Sequence record: DRR378314_95
DNA length: 64,000 bases
Reading direction: 5' to 3' (one strand)
Below, one piece after another: positions 1-9,967 of this stretch. Position numbers and translations under genes: made by a program. Within the stretch, counting starts at the first letter, position 1; every line of letters begins with the position of its first letter. A model generated the notes under the pieces. That model had not been told where the DNA came from, did not search any database, and worked only from the letters and a program-made list of their open reading frames with translations.

Positions 1-56
1 TCGCGCGTTCGAATCGCGCCGGGATCGCCAGTATTTGTAAGGGTTAGCAAGTCAAT

Positions 57-72
57 TTAACTATATTTGAAC
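57..72 (+). promoter_or_regulatory. CtrA-like box upstream of the cyclase
   Basis: TTAA-ctatatt-TGAAC, one mismatch to TTAA-N7-TTAAC. Confidence 0.45.
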
Positions 73-129
73 ATCGCCCATGTAAGTTTCCATTCGATTG
101 GCAGTAACCGATGGGGACGGTTCCAGAAA

Positions 130-1203
130 ATGAGCGATAGTAAAACGCCTGTATTTCAATGCCCGGAACATCAGCAGGCATTTGCGAAGTCATATGCTCA
201 TGCAAATTCGGCCTGCGAGCTGATAACTGAATATGGCACACCGCCCCTGCCGAATACTTTTGCCCTGCTGTACGCCTATGCTGCGCAATCTGACGAAAGC
301 GTCGTCATCGCCGTCAATGAAATGCTGGAACGCGGTTCCTTCAGCCAATACGAAATCGACCAAGTCTATAATATGCACCTCGGTGGCAGCGATGACGCCG
401 AAAAACGCGAAGGCATCGGCCGTGAAGTCGAACAGCAATTATCCAGCGTTCTAGACCTGGTTGGGACCGGCGTAGAAAATAGCGACCAATTTGAACTCGC
501 CCTGAAACAAATCCAGCAAGCGGTTTCGAACTCGGACTCTACTGCGCCTGTGTCCGCCGCAATCACGCGCCTGCTGTCCGAGAACCAGCGCATGAGTGAA
601 CAGAGCCATCATCTTATTGAAGGGTTGCAGGAATCAAAACGACAGATCGAACGTCTTCAGAAAGAACTGGAAACCGTTCGGAATGAGAGCCTGCGCGACC
701 CCCTGACAAAGATCTACAATCGCCGCGCCTTTGACATGCGCCTGTCCGCAGAGATCGACTCCGCGTCAAAACAACAATCCGAACTGTGCCTCGCGATTGC
801 AGACCTCGATCACTTCAAACGTGTAAACGACACATTTGGCCATCGGGTCGGAGATGAGATCCTGAAGATCTTTGCCTCTGTCATCACGAGCAATATCAAG
901 GGGCAGGATCTGGTGGCCCGCTATGGCGGTGAAGAGTTCGCCATTATCCTGCCGGCGACGAACCTTACGGCGGCGACACAGCTGATTGATCGAATCCGGG
1001 TTCAGATGAGCGAACGCCGACTGGTTCTGAAAGGGACGAAGACACCAATTGGAGACATCACGGCCTCATTTGGCCTCGCCCGTTTCAGCCCGGGCACGTC
1101 GAGTGCGGACCTGATAGAACAGGCCGACAAGAAGCTCTACCTTGCCAAGAGCAATGGGCGGAATCGGGTGGAGTCCGGCTTGCTTGACTCGCATGCCGCG
1201 TAG
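130..1203 (+). CDS. Diguanylate cyclase (soluble coiled-coil N-terminus + GGDEF), DgcB-like architecture
   Basis: Motifs DPLTKIYNRR, DLDHFKRVNDTFGH and ARYGGEEF. The I-site position reads KGQD instead of RxxD. ATG at 130 preferred over the TTG at 67, which overlaps a promoter-like element. Confidence 0.92.
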   Translation: MSDSKTPVFQCPEHQQAFAKSYAHANSACELITEYGTPPLPNTFALLYAYAAQSDESVVIAVNEMLERGSFSQYEIDQVYNMHLGGSDDAEKREGIGREVEQQLSSVLDLVGTGVENSDQFELALKQIQQAVSNSDSTAPVSAAITRLLSENQRMSEQSHHLIEGLQESKRQIERLQKELETVRNESLRDPLTKIYNRRAFDMRLSAEIDSASKQQSELCLAIADLDHFKRVNDTFGHRVGDEILKIFASVITSNIKGQDLVARYGGEEFAIILPATNLTAATQLIDRIRVQMSERRLVLKGTKTPIGDITASFGLARFSPGTSSADLIEQADKKLYLAKSNGRNRVESGLLDSHAA

Positions 1204-1210
1204 AAGAGCT

Positions 1211-1558
1211 TTACGCTGAACGTCTCGCCACGTTTATTCGAGATAACTCGTCTTCCGACATCAAAATCTGCTTTAGCGCCTCTCTGGCGTCTTCCAGCCG
1301 GCCTTCAATGATAGCAATTTCGCCGCGCACCCGCTCCATGTCGTGAAGCATTCGTTGTATGTGACCGTTCTGGTTCGCGAGCTTCAACATTTCAAAGTCT
1401 TGCTCAATATCGTTCGCGCGGGCGAGCTCAGTTTCCAACTCCACCAGTTTCTCTCGTGATTGCCGAAGCGATGCCTGCATTAGAGCGAGGGATTGCTCCG
1501 CCTTCTGGCGTTTCAGGGCGACTATCCTGGAGAGTGTTTGATCGGCCTTCAACATCAA
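1211..1558 (-). CDS. Small coiled-coil flagellar protein, FliJ-like
   Basis: 115 aa, all helical coiled-coil character, start overlaps the flhB stop (ATGA). Confidence 0.55.
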   Translation of the reverse strand: MMLKADQTLSRIVALKRQKAEQSLALMQASLRQSREKLVELETELARANDIEQDFEMLKLANQNGHIQRMLHDMERVRGEIAIIEGRLEDAREALKQILMSEDELSRINVARRSA

Positions 1559-2637
1559 GATCTCCGCCCCTCTTTCCGGACCCGGTCAACAAAACTGATC
1601 GCAGCAGCCACGGCTGCAAAATGATCCGGGTGGATTTCTTCATCAATGTCCACAAGTCGATAGATTGAGCGGGTCGAAGGCGGATCCCGGTAGATTGGAA
1701 CGTCATTGGCAATTGCTGTTTCACGAATCTTGGCGGCGAGGTGATCAACACCCTTGGCCACGCAGACGGGAGCGCGGTCGCCTTCCGGATCCCATTTGAG
1801 TGCGACGGCATAGTGCTCTGGGTTCACCATGACGACGGTCGCAGTCTTCACATTCTGCATCATCTGGTTACGACTCATGCTGGATGCTTTTTCACGACGC
1901 TTCTGCTTGAGCTGAGGGTCGCCTTCACTTTGCTTCTGCTCTTTCTTGATTTCTTCACGGCTCATTTTCAGCTTGTTCGCATGCAGCTGACGCTGCAGCG
2001 GAAGGTCAATCGCGGCCAAGGCGAACTGAAAGGCGCCGAAGATCAGGAACAGGGTAAGCACTTGGCTGAATGTGAATTTGAAGAACTGCCCAAGTTCTAC
2101 CGCACTGCTGGCGTAGTAATGCTGAGCAAATCCATACAGGAATACCGCGGCCAAACCGCCCGCGAACAGCATCTTCGCCATGTCTTTGAGGAAATCGAGA
2201 ATTCCTTTCGCACCATACTTCTTCTTCAAGTTCTCGGCGGGCGATATCTTGTTGAACTCGGGTTTGATTTTCTTGAAGGAAAAAGCGACCGCTTGCTGAA
2301 TAATCAATGTCCCGAGCACGAGCGCAACGAGAATGGCAAAGATGGGCGTCAGCGAGACTAGGATCCGCACAAGCCAGCTGCGCGTAGCGCTGCCGTCTGA
2401 CGTGAAGACATCCGATGCGTAACTATCGGCATGGTACATGAGAGACGAGAACTCGTTGAACATTGCACCGGCAACAATCGCGCTGAAGACGATTGCGGAA
2501 ATTACGATTCCTGCAAAGAGGGCGAACGTATTCGCTTCCTTGGACTGAGGAATATTACCTTCACGGCGCGCTTCCCTGCGCCGCTGTTCAGTGGCTTCAA
2601 ACTCCTTTTCTCCACCACCAGACTGATCTTCAGCCAT
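1555..2637 (-). CDS. flhB: Flagellar export switch protein FlhB
   Basis: N-terminal EKxxEAT..RREGNIPQSKE, 4 TM segments, KMSREEIKKEQKQSEGDP, autocleavage motif NPEH. Confidence 0.97.
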   Translation of the reverse strand: MAEDQSGGGEKEFEATEQRRREARREGNIPQSKEANTFALFAGIVISAIVFSAIVAGAMFNEFSSLMYHADSYASDVFTSDGSATRSWLVRILVSLTPIFAILVALVLGTLIIQQAVAFSFKKIKPEFNKISPAENLKKKYGAKGILDFLKDMAKMLFAGGLAAVFLYGFAQHYYASSAVELGQFFKFTFSQVLTLFLIFGAFQFALAAIDLPLQRQLHANKLKMSREEIKKEQKQSEGDPQLKQKRREKASSMSRNQMMQNVKTATVVMVNPEHYAVALKWDPEGDRAPVCVAKGVDHLAAKIRETAIANDVPIYRDPPSTRSIYRLVDIDEEIHPDHFAAVAAAISFVDRVRKEGRRS

Positions 2638-2645
2638 GCCTCACC

Positions 2646-3404
2646 TCACCACCACCCTACAGAACCTGACACGCGATCCATCCAGACCATCAGTATTGTT
2701 GATATCGACAGGGCCAACAAGACAAATCCCGCGCCGATCATGAAGGGCGCGCCCACAAACGCCACCATGAGGGACGGTAAGGCCTTGTTTATGAACCCCA
2801 AAGAGATGTTGTAGAGCAAGTTGATCGCCACGAAAGGCCAAGCGATCAATACAGCGAACTTTACAGCATTCAGCATGCCGTCAATGACGAAACCTTGATC
2901 GAACTGAGCCAGTGCGCCAACGGGAATTTCGGAATACACTTCAGCCATGCGAACGAACACGCTGACATGGTAGTCAGCCGACAAGAGCAGGACAGCACCT
3001 GCCAAAGCGAGAAGGTTCGATGTGACTGTTTGCGCCTCTGTATCCAGAGCGATACCCAGCATCTGGGACAGGCCGATGGACTGCGCAATCAACGCACCCG
3101 CCATGTTGAGAATCCAGATTGTCGTTCTCAACAGGACGCCAAGGCCCAGGCCAATGATAATCTCCGCGCCCAACAACCCAACAAAATTTCCGATGGATAA
3201 ATCGGTTGGTGGACTGACAAGTCCTGACATTGCAAACAGCATCGCCGCCCCCAAAAGAAGGGACAAGCGAACGCGCGCTGGAACAGTTTGATCGCCGATA
3301 CCGGGCATGAGAAAGACGACGAAGGTCAACCTGCCTACGATCAACATGAACATGATGATCCAGGCGGAAAGCTGCGGCCCAAATGGCAGCTGCTCCAGCA
3401 TCAC
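2646..3404 (-). CDS. fliR: Flagellar export gate protein FliR
   Basis: Hydrophobic 252 aa, PGIGDQTVPARVR and LGFINKALPSLMVAFVGAP, lies between flhA and flhB. Confidence 0.95.
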   Translation of the reverse strand: MMLEQLPFGPQLSAWIIMFMLIVGRLTFVVFLMPGIGDQTVPARVRLSLLLGAAMLFAMSGLVSPPTDLSIGNFVGLLGAEIIIGLGLGVLLRTTIWILNMAGALIAQSIGLSQMLGIALDTEAQTVTSNLLALAGAVLLLSADYHVSVFVRMAEVYSEIPVGALAQFDQGFVIDGMLNAVKFAVLIAWPFVAINLLYNISLGFINKALPSLMVAFVGAPFMIGAGFVLLALSISTILMVWMDRVSGSVGWW

Positions 3405-5479
3405 ACCACGCCGACGATGTACGGCTTGCTTTTGGACCCGATCTCTTCATAGGCCAGCACAGCGTTGCGCACGCCCTTGCTGGCGAGCACGGTCTGCAAG
3501 AACCGCCGACGACGGGAAGAGGTCGCTACCGATGCAACAACCCCCTTCTGCGCCATCTCATTCAGCTTGGCCTGCACGGCTGCCGTCAGCTCGCCAAACA
3601 TTTCCGGCGGCAATGCTATGTCAGACCCACCGTCTTCGCGGGATATTTCGTGCTCATTGAATTTCTGCTCCCAGTTTGTAGAGAGCTGCAGCAGGGGCAG
3701 GCGCCCTTGGCCATCCTGCAAACGATCAACGATCTGGAATCCAAGTCGTTGGCGCACAAGCTCTACAATGCGAGAAGGCGCACTGGATTGCGATTTCACT
3801 TCCGCGATGGTCTCTACGATCAGGAACAGATTCCGGATTGAAACGCGCTCTTCGAGTAGAAGGCGCAAGACCGAAAGGAGCAATTCCGGCGTAACCTTCC
3901 CTGGTATGTACTCGTCGAGGAACCGGCGGTTGGAGGCCGCGCGCTCCGTGTCGCTGATGTGTGTCAGCGCATCCAGCGTGTCGAGCATGACCATACGCGT
4001 AAAGACGAGGGTAAAGTTGGCCTGAATAACTTCGAGCATGTGGGTCGCCAACACTTCCGTAGGCTCGATCGCCGGAATACCTGAAGCAGCAAGCTCCTGC
4101 TTCTTTGTGCTCGGCAGCCAGCGCGCGGCGGCCTTGTAAACCGGTTCCTTGACCTTTTCGCCTTGCAGATGCGGCAGTTGGGAATCTTCCATCAAAGCCA
4201 GCAGTGAGCCGGGGCGCACAAGTCCGCTATCAACACGCACACCTTGAATTCGAATACGGTACTCGTTCTTGCTCAAGGTCGGATTGTCCGTCATGCGGAT
4301 CGACGGAAGAACAAAGCCGTACTCCTCCGCAATGTAACGGCGAATCTTGTCGATGCGGCTTTCGAAACCCCCTGCCCCTTGAAGCACCATGCCGACAAGG
4401 TCCGGAGCGACTTCCAGATGAATTTCATCAGAGTGAATGGAGTCTCCAATCACGAGGCTGGTTTGTGGGGCCTCAACTTCTTCCGCTTCAGCTTGCGCGG
4501 CCTTTTCGCGTTCGCGACTGCGAATGTAGAAGGAGGCAGTGGCGAAGGCAGCGGCAGCCAGCATGAACGGGATGAATGGAAGGCCGGGGAAGAGCGCAAA
4601 CGCGCCGAGAATGCCGGCAACAATCATCAGGGACGTGGCGTTGCCGCCCAATTGCGCGCCAAGCGCAAGATCAATGGCGCCGTCTTCACGCCCCTTGGCG
4701 AGAAGCAACGCAGCGGAAACCGAAACGATCACGGCCGGAATCTGGGAGACAAGACCGTCACCAACGGTGAGAATGGAATAGTTGCTGAGCGCCTGGGTGA
4801 AGCTGAGTCCATGGGCGACAATTCCGAAGCCAATACCGGCCACCAGATTCAGCGCCGTAATCAACAGCCCTGCTATTGCGTCGCCCTTCACGAATTTTGA
4901 GGCACCATCGAGAGATCCGAGGAAGGACGCTTCTTCCTGTTCCTTTTGGCGGCGATTGCGCGCTTCTTCATGGCTGATGGCGCCCACGGCAAGATCGGAA
5001 TCGATCGCCATTTGCTTGCCTGGCATAGCATCCAGGGCAAAGCGCGCCCCGACTTCCGCCATGCGACCAGCACCTTTTGTGATGACCATGAAGTTCACAA
5101 TTACCAAAACCGCAAACACAACCAATCCGACGAACAGATTCCCGCCCATGATGAACATGGCGAACCCTTCGATGACCCCTCCCGCCGCATTCGTGCCGGT
5201 ATGCCCTTCACTGATGATCAGTTTGGTGGAAGAGACATTGAGCGCCAGACGAAGTACGAGACTGGCCAGCAAGACACTGGGGAATGATGAAAAGTCCAGC
5301 GGCTTCTCGATGAAGATACTCGTCGTGAAGATCAAAATCGCAAAGGCGAATGATGCGGTCAGGCCAATGTCCATTACCCAGGCCGGAACCGGCAAGACCA
5401 TCACCAGAATCACCATCATCAGGCCGATGGCGATGACGGCGGTCGGTTTCGAAAGGTCGAAAAAGCGTGAAGTCGGCAT
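3401..5479 (-). CDS. flhA: Flagellar export protein FlhA
   Basis: FHIPEP motif RMAEVGARFALDAMPGKQMAIDSDL, GSLDGASKFVKGDAIAG, TVGDGLVSQIP. Confidence 0.98.
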   Translation of the reverse strand: MPTSRFFDLSKPTAVIAIGLMMVILVMVLPVPAWVMDIGLTASFAFAILIFTTSIFIEKPLDFSSFPSVLLASLVLRLALNVSSTKLIISEGHTGTNAAGGVIEGFAMFIMGGNLFVGLVVFAVLVIVNFMVITKGAGRMAEVGARFALDAMPGKQMAIDSDLAVGAISHEEARNRRQKEQEEASFLGSLDGASKFVKGDAIAGLLITALNLVAGIGFGIVAHGLSFTQALSNYSILTVGDGLVSQIPAVIVSVSAALLLAKGREDGAIDLALGAQLGGNATSLMIVAGILGAFALFPGLPFIPFMLAAAAFATASFYIRSREREKAAQAEAEEVEAPQTSLVIGDSIHSDEIHLEVAPDLVGMVLQGAGGFESRIDKIRRYIAEEYGFVLPSIRMTDNPTLSKNEYRIRIQGVRVDSGLVRPGSLLALMEDSQLPHLQGEKVKEPVYKAAARWLPSTKKQELAASGIPAIEPTEVLATHMLEVIQANFTLVFTRMVMLDTLDALTHISDTERAASNRRFLDEYIPGKVTPELLLSVLRLLLEERVSIRNLFLIVETIAEVKSQSSAPSRIVELVRQRLGFQIVDRLQDGQGRLPLLQLSTNWEQKFNEHEISREDGGSDIALPPEMFGELTAAVQAKLNEMAQKGVVASVATSSRRRRFLQTVLASKGVRNAVLAYEEIGSKSKPYIVGVV

Positions 5480-5486
5480 GGTGCCC

Positions 5487-5750
5487 CTATCGGGAGATCA
5501 TCGGAAGGACAGTATTATTGAAAAAATCGAGGCAAATACGGGTCATGTAGCCGAGCGTCAGGAAGAACACGACGACCACAGCCAGAATCTTGGGAACGAA
5601 GGTTAGTGTCATTTCCTGAATGGAGGTAAGCGCCTGAAGCAAGCCAATCACGAAACCCAATACCAATGTAACAGCGAGGATTGGCAGAGCCATCATCGCC
5701 GCCGCCCACAGCGCTCCGCGCAAGACTTCAAAGATGGCAAGTTCGGTCAT
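5487..5750 (-). CDS. fliQ: Flagellar export protein FliQ
   Basis: GLLQALTSIQEMTLTFVPKI signature. Confidence 0.97.
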   Translation of the reverse strand: MTELAIFEVLRGALWAAAMMALPILAVTLVLGFVIGLLQALTSIQEMTLTFVPKILAVVVVFFLTLGYMTRICLDFFNNTVLPMISR

Positions 5751-5765
5751 CTGTGCCTGTCCTGA

Positions 5766-6065
5766 TTAGACCGGCATCCGGAGCAATTCCTGATAGGCTT
5801 CAACGACCTTGTCGCGCACCGTCACGGCTGCATCCAGAACAAGTTCCGCCTGCGCCAGCGCTTCCACCATCGCATGGGGATCAGCGCCAGACACGGCCGT
5901 CTGCATCGCGGCCTGCTCGGCATCCTGTAGCGCAGCCTTGAACGTAGAGAACCCCTCGGCGAGCCCCGACGACTTTCCCTCTTCAGCTTGCGCCGGCTTT
6001 TCCGGTGTCTTCGTAGGCTGAACCGAGCCAAGCGCCGCATATGCGCTGAAACTTACATTGGACAT
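5766..6065 (-). CDS. fliE: Basal body protein FliE
   Basis: C-terminal VRDKVVEAYQELLRMPV. Confidence 0.96.
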   Translation of the reverse strand: MSNVSFSAYAALGSVQPTKTPEKPAQAEEGKSSGLAEGFSTFKAALQDAEQAAMQTAVSGADPHAMVEALAQAELVLDAAVTVRDKVVEAYQELLRMPV

Positions 6066-6077
6066 TCTGCCCTCCCC

Positions 6078-6461
6078 TTAGCGCCTGAGAACATCAAGAA
6101 GTGATTGGTACATGCTTCGCGCCTGACGGAACGAATTGAGGTTCGCCTCATAGCTGCGATTTGCTTCACGCATGTCAGCCATTTCGGTCACAAGCGATAC
6201 GTTCGACGACGTGACATAACCCTCGGCATCAGACATCGGACTGGCTGGATCGTATCGGCGCTCGCCTTCGCTCTCATCCAGATCGACGCGTGTCTGCATG
6301 AACGCGCTACCGGATGATGGGGCCTGCTCAATGGTCAGCACCTTCCGGCGATACCCGGGCGTATCAGCGTTCGAGACGTTCTGCGACGTGATGTCGATAC
6401 GTTTTGACTGCAGCTGCATGCCAGACACAGCCTGCAACATCGTGGCTTTCAACGAGTCCAT
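6078..6461 (-). CDS. flgC: Proximal rod protein FlgC
   Basis: SQNVSNADTPGYRRK and SNVSLVTEMADMREANRSYEAN. Confidence 0.96.
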   Translation of the reverse strand: MDSLKATMLQAVSGMQLQSKRIDITSQNVSNADTPGYRRKVLTIEQAPSSGSAFMQTRVDLDESEGERRYDPASPMSDAEGYVTSSNVSLVTEMADMREANRSYEANLNSFRQARSMYQSLLDVLRR

Positions 6462-6464
6462 GAT

Positions 6465-6824
6465 TTACCCCTTCCTGCCAATTGCGGTCCGCAACAGGTC
6501 CAGCGACTTTGTGTAAACAGACAAAGCCATCTCGTGCTGCCCTTGCGCTTCGGCGGCCTTGAACATTTCAACTTCGAGATTGACCGAATTACCGTTCGGT
6601 GAGTTCGCGATCTCTTTCTGGAACGTCCGAAATACGGGATCCGTTTCGTCTGCTGTTCCTGCAGCAGCACGCGCCAGAAAGTCCTGAAAGGATTCTACCT
6701 GAGTGGCCTTGAAGCCCGGGTCATTGGCGTGCGCAATATTGGTTGCAGACACCTTTTGGCTTTCCGCCGCGTGGCGGGCCATAGCGCTGTAGACACTCAG
6801 AACGTCCAGATTAAGAATCGACAC
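6465..6824 (-). CDS. flgB: Proximal rod protein FlgB
   Basis: ATNIAHANDPGFKA and PNGNSVNLEVEM. Confidence 0.93.
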   Translation of the reverse strand: MSILNLDVLSVYSAMARHAAESQKVSATNIAHANDPGFKATQVESFQDFLARAAAGTADETDPVFRTFQKEIANSPNGNSVNLEVEMFKAAEAQGQHEMALSVYTKSLDLLRTAIGRKG

Positions 6825-6869
6825 GGAATCACCCTTAATTAACTGTTTAGAAAATTAGCCGTTTTAACT

Positions 6870-6885
6870 TGAAGAAATGGTTAAC
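6870..6885 (+). promoter_or_regulatory. CtrA-like box in the divergent flgB/fliI promoter
   Basis: TGAA-gaaatgg-TTAAC, plus extra TTAA(C) half sites at 6835-6843 and 6864-6868. Confidence 0.5.
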
Positions 6886-6906
6886 GAATGAGCGGGATCT
6901 GTTTAC

Positions 6907-8235
6907 TTGTTGCGCGAGACACCCAATTTTCCGGATCGATTGTACCGAATCTGGGGCACGGTAACGGAGGTTACTCCGGGTCTCGTCCAACTTGCGGGCA
7001 TCAGTGAATTCGCCAGACTCGGCAATGAGATCCGCGTTCAAACCCGCCAGGGGGAAGTTTTTGGCGAAGTCCTCTCGGTAACGGGAGAGCACGTCAAAGC
7101 CATGCTCTACGGTGAGTCCGACGCTATCCGCATCGGAGACCGGACATTTCTGGAGCAGGAAGCCTATGTCGACCCCGGCGATCATTGGCTTGGCAAGATC
7201 ATCGACTATCGGGGCGTATCACCCGGACTGGAGAGTGTGCCTCCTGCCCCCAACACGGCACGCCGGACGCTGCGCGCGCCGCCTCCGCCCAACACCAATC
7301 GGAAAAGCCTCGGCAACCGATTGTCCACCGGATGGATGATCACTGATACCCTCCTGCCAATCTGCCAAGGCCAACGCCTCGGCCTGTTCGCAGGATCTGG
7401 CGTAGGAAAATCAACCTTTCTCGGCTCGCTGGCTGCGGGCGTGAAAGCTGACCGCGTGGTGATCGCACTCATTGGCGAGCGCAGCCGCGAAGTGAACGAA
7501 TTCGTGCAGAAAACCTTGCCTGCATCAATTCTGTCCCGAACGGTCATTGTGGCTGCGACCGCGAATGATCCGCCCGGCGCCAAGAAACGGGCTGCCTTGT
7601 GCGCAATCGCGACAGCTGAGCATTTCCGTGACGAGGGGCATCAGGTCCTGTTCCTTTTCGACTCGATTACGCGCTTCGCCGAAGCACACCGGGAAGTCTC
7701 TCTGGCGGCAGGTGAAACACCGGCGCTCAACGCCTTCCCACCGTCAACAGTGCGCGCGATTGCTGAAATCGCGGAGCGCACCGGACCCGGCCCGCACGGG
7801 TGTGGTGACATCACGGCAATTTTCTCAGTGCTCGTAGCGGGGTCCGACATGGAAGAACCGGTTGCAGATATGGTTCGCGGCGTGTTGGACGGGCATATCA
7901 TTCTATCGCGAGAAATATCAGAACGTGGTCGCTATCCCGCGATAGACGTCTTGCGCAGCGTCTCTCGGTGTCTGCCAGACGCCGCCACGCCCGAGGAAAA
8001 CCTGACCTTGAAAGACTACCGGCGTACCGTCGCACTATTTGAGGAGATTGCTCCGATGCTGCGCGCCAATCTTTATGAAAAGGGTCATGACGCTGCAGGC
8101 GATCGAGCGATCCGACTCTATCCGGATCTGGACGCGTTCGTGTCAGAGAAAAATCCGGCGGATATTCCGGAGGCATTCTTGAGGCTCAGCTCTCTTCTGG
8201 GCGAGTCCCCTCAGCCCGAAAGCAAGTCAGACTAA
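6907..8235 (+). CDS. fliI: Flagellar export ATPase FliI
   Basis: GQRLGLFAGSGVGKS (Walker A), ALIGERSREV, LFLFDSITRFA, GVLDGHIILSR, RYPAIDVLRSVSR. Confidence 0.96.
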   Translation: MLRETPNFPDRLYRIWGTVTEVTPGLVQLAGISEFARLGNEIRVQTRQGEVFGEVLSVTGEHVKAMLYGESDAIRIGDRTFLEQEAYVDPGDHWLGKIIDYRGVSPGLESVPPAPNTARRTLRAPPPPNTNRKSLGNRLSTGWMITDTLLPICQGQRLGLFAGSGVGKSTFLGSLAAGVKADRVVIALIGERSREVNEFVQKTLPASILSRTVIVAATANDPPGAKKRAALCAIATAEHFRDEGHQVLFLFDSITRFAEAHREVSLAAGETPALNAFPPSTVRAIAEIAERTGPGPHGCGDITAIFSVLVAGSDMEEPVADMVRGVLDGHIILSREISERGRYPAIDVLRSVSRCLPDAATPEENLTLKDYRRTVALFEEIAPMLRANLYEKGHDAAGDRAIRLYPDLDAFVSEKNPADIPEAFLRLSSLLGESPQPESKSD

Positions 8236-9077
8236 CCGCTCGATACGATGCTGAGAAACAAGTTCTGACTGGCAGACGAACCAAAGCCGGCAGCATTGTT
8301 CAACAGCGTTAGCGCGACAGAGCCGGAAGACAGAGATTCCTGACCATTCAGAATTGAGTCCATCGTGTGGAACCGCTGTATCGCCTTTTCCACAACGTCC
8401 TCATTTGTAATGTCCGTAACCCTGCTTATCGAGAAAACACTCAGCATCCGTTCTTTGAGGATCTCGGATTGGCGGTCGACGTCTAGCTCTTGCCAGGACG
8501 TGGGCAGGTTTAGCGCGGTTTCCAACATGGTGCGAACGGGAACATCGCCGAGAATCCGGTAGAGATTGGCCGAATCGCTGGACCCTTCACGAACCAATTC
8601 ACCAATCTTTGCCTGATAGTTCAGGCTGAGCTTCATGTTATTGTCGACCTCGCCTACGGCTGAGCGAAAGCCCGCAAGCTCAAAATCGTCCGCCAATGTC
8701 GAAATCGTGTCGGCCGACAGGGAGATCATCCCATCGTTCAATCCGAACGTTGTCGCAAAGCTTGTATAGGACTGATTGTTCAAGCGCTTGAGGAAGGTGC
8801 TGTCAGGATCAGCATTCTCTTCCATGACGTGGCGAATGAAACCAACTTTCCACTCTTCTCCACCAAGATCGAACGCGGTGAGCGCAATTCTCAATAGCCG
8901 TTTATCCGAAAGAAAATCTTCCATCGAAATCGGCGAAGACATCTTATCTTCGAAGTAGGCGCGGTCGTTTTTTACACCGGCTGAATCCGTATAGCCCTCA
9001 AGCTGCTTGTCGAAGGTGGATTCCAAGAATTTCCACCCGCCATAGCCTGTAAGGGGAATGACCGGCTGATACACCAT
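8232..9077 (-). CDS. DUF1217-family flagellar protein
   Basis: Starts MVYQPVIPLTGYGGWKFL, carries D.RLLRIALTAFDL and LETALNLP..LDVDRQ, lies directly downstream of flbT. ATG at 9077 chosen. Confidence 0.8.
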   Translation of the reverse strand: MVYQPVIPLTGYGGWKFLESTFDKQLEGYTDSAGVKNDRAYFEDKMSSPISMEDFLSDKRLLRIALTAFDLGGEEWKVGFIRHVMEENADPDSTFLKRLNNQSYTSFATTFGLNDGMISLSADTISTLADDFELAGFRSAVGEVDNNMKLSLNYQAKIGELVREGSSDSANLYRILGDVPVRTMLETALNLPTSWQELDVDRQSEILKERMLSVFSISRVTDITNEDVVEKAIQRFHTMDSILNGQESLSSGSVALTLLNNAAGFGSSASQNLFLSIVSSG

Positions 9078-9078
9078 G

Positions 9079-9513
9079 TCAGGCGACCCGGGCGTGGGGT
9101 TCAGCCGACTGGCGGCTGCTCGCATGTTTCAGCAGCTCCGCCTCAATGGCAATGACATTTCGCAAATGGCAAAGAGCCGAATAGAAATTACCTCGGCCAA
9201 GCATCGAGCGCAGAACAGCAATCAGTTTTTTGTCGATTGTTTCAAACACGTCTTCCAATCGACCGCACTCTTCAATGATCGCAGGCAGAACTTCCTTTTC
9301 CTGAAGATCACCGGTAATGATCAGCTGGATGGCGTAGTATATACGTTTGGTTGGCGTATCGACATCCGCGGGTCGCAACGCATCGCGACAACGGAGAATA
9401 CGAGCATCATCGTCGACCACCCGCACCGTCGAGGGCTTATCGCCATTTTCGAGCGTAGCTCCGTTTACGACGAAACGTTCACCCGCTGCGAGTTTCAATA
9501 CGAGTCCAGACAT
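9079..9513 (-). CDS. flbT: Flagellin mRNA regulator FlbT
   Basis: MSGLVLKLAAGERFVVNGATLENGD, DTPTKRIYYAIQL, FYSALCHLR. Confidence 0.95.
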   Translation of the reverse strand: MSGLVLKLAAGERFVVNGATLENGDKPSTVRVVDDDARILRCRDALRPADVDTPTKRIYYAIQLIITGDLQEKEVLPAIIEECGRLEDVFETIDKKLIAVLRSMLGRGNFYSALCHLRNVIAIEAELLKHASSRQSAEPHARVA

Positions 9514-9902
9514 TATTCTGCCGCCACGCTTGCTGTTGCTGATCCCTGACCAGACAGCCCCTGCATGATGATTTCGTTAATCTCGATGAGTTCGGACAAC
9601 TCTGCTTTACGAGAAAGAACGTGATAGCTGATGCGGCGAACAGATTCCGCCAGGGCAATCAGATTGCGCTTGAGCATCGGGTCCAGCTGATTCTCGTCAC
9701 TCACGAGATCCGTGGAAAGAATTTGCCAGAGCTTCATATTGCGATCAATGGCGTCAGCCCAGATGGTCGGTTGGGGATGCTCTTCGGCATCAACCGCTTT
9801 GAGGGCCTGAGTGATCTCCTCAAACAAGGTGTATTCAATCTGTCCGGTGTTGGCAGTACGGCTCGTTACTTCGCCGTATGCCTTGTAAGCCAGTTGTTGC
9901 AT
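9513..9902 (-). CDS. flaF: Flagellin regulator/chaperone FlaF
   Basis: AYKAY..EYTLF, AIDRNMKLWQILSTDLVSDENQL, LIEINEIIMQGL. Confidence 0.93.
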   Translation of the reverse strand: MQQLAYKAYGEVTSRTANTGQIEYTLFEEITQALKAVDAEEHPQPTIWADAIDRNMKLWQILSTDLVSDENQLDPMLKRNLIALAESVRRISYHVLSRKAELSELIEINEIIMQGLSGQGSATASVAAE

Positions 9903-9931
9903 ACACCCTCTCTATGCTTGGTACTGGGTGA

Positions 9932-9957
9932 ACCCGGGCACTGGTGTGCGCCCGGGT
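9932..9957 (-). terminator. Hairpin between flagellin and flaF (attenuator or 3' stabiliser)
   Basis: ACCCGGGC-N10-GCCCGGGT inverted repeat 10 nt after the flagellin stop, with no long U-tract. Confidence 0.55.
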
Positions 9958-9967
9958 CCGGTTAGAA

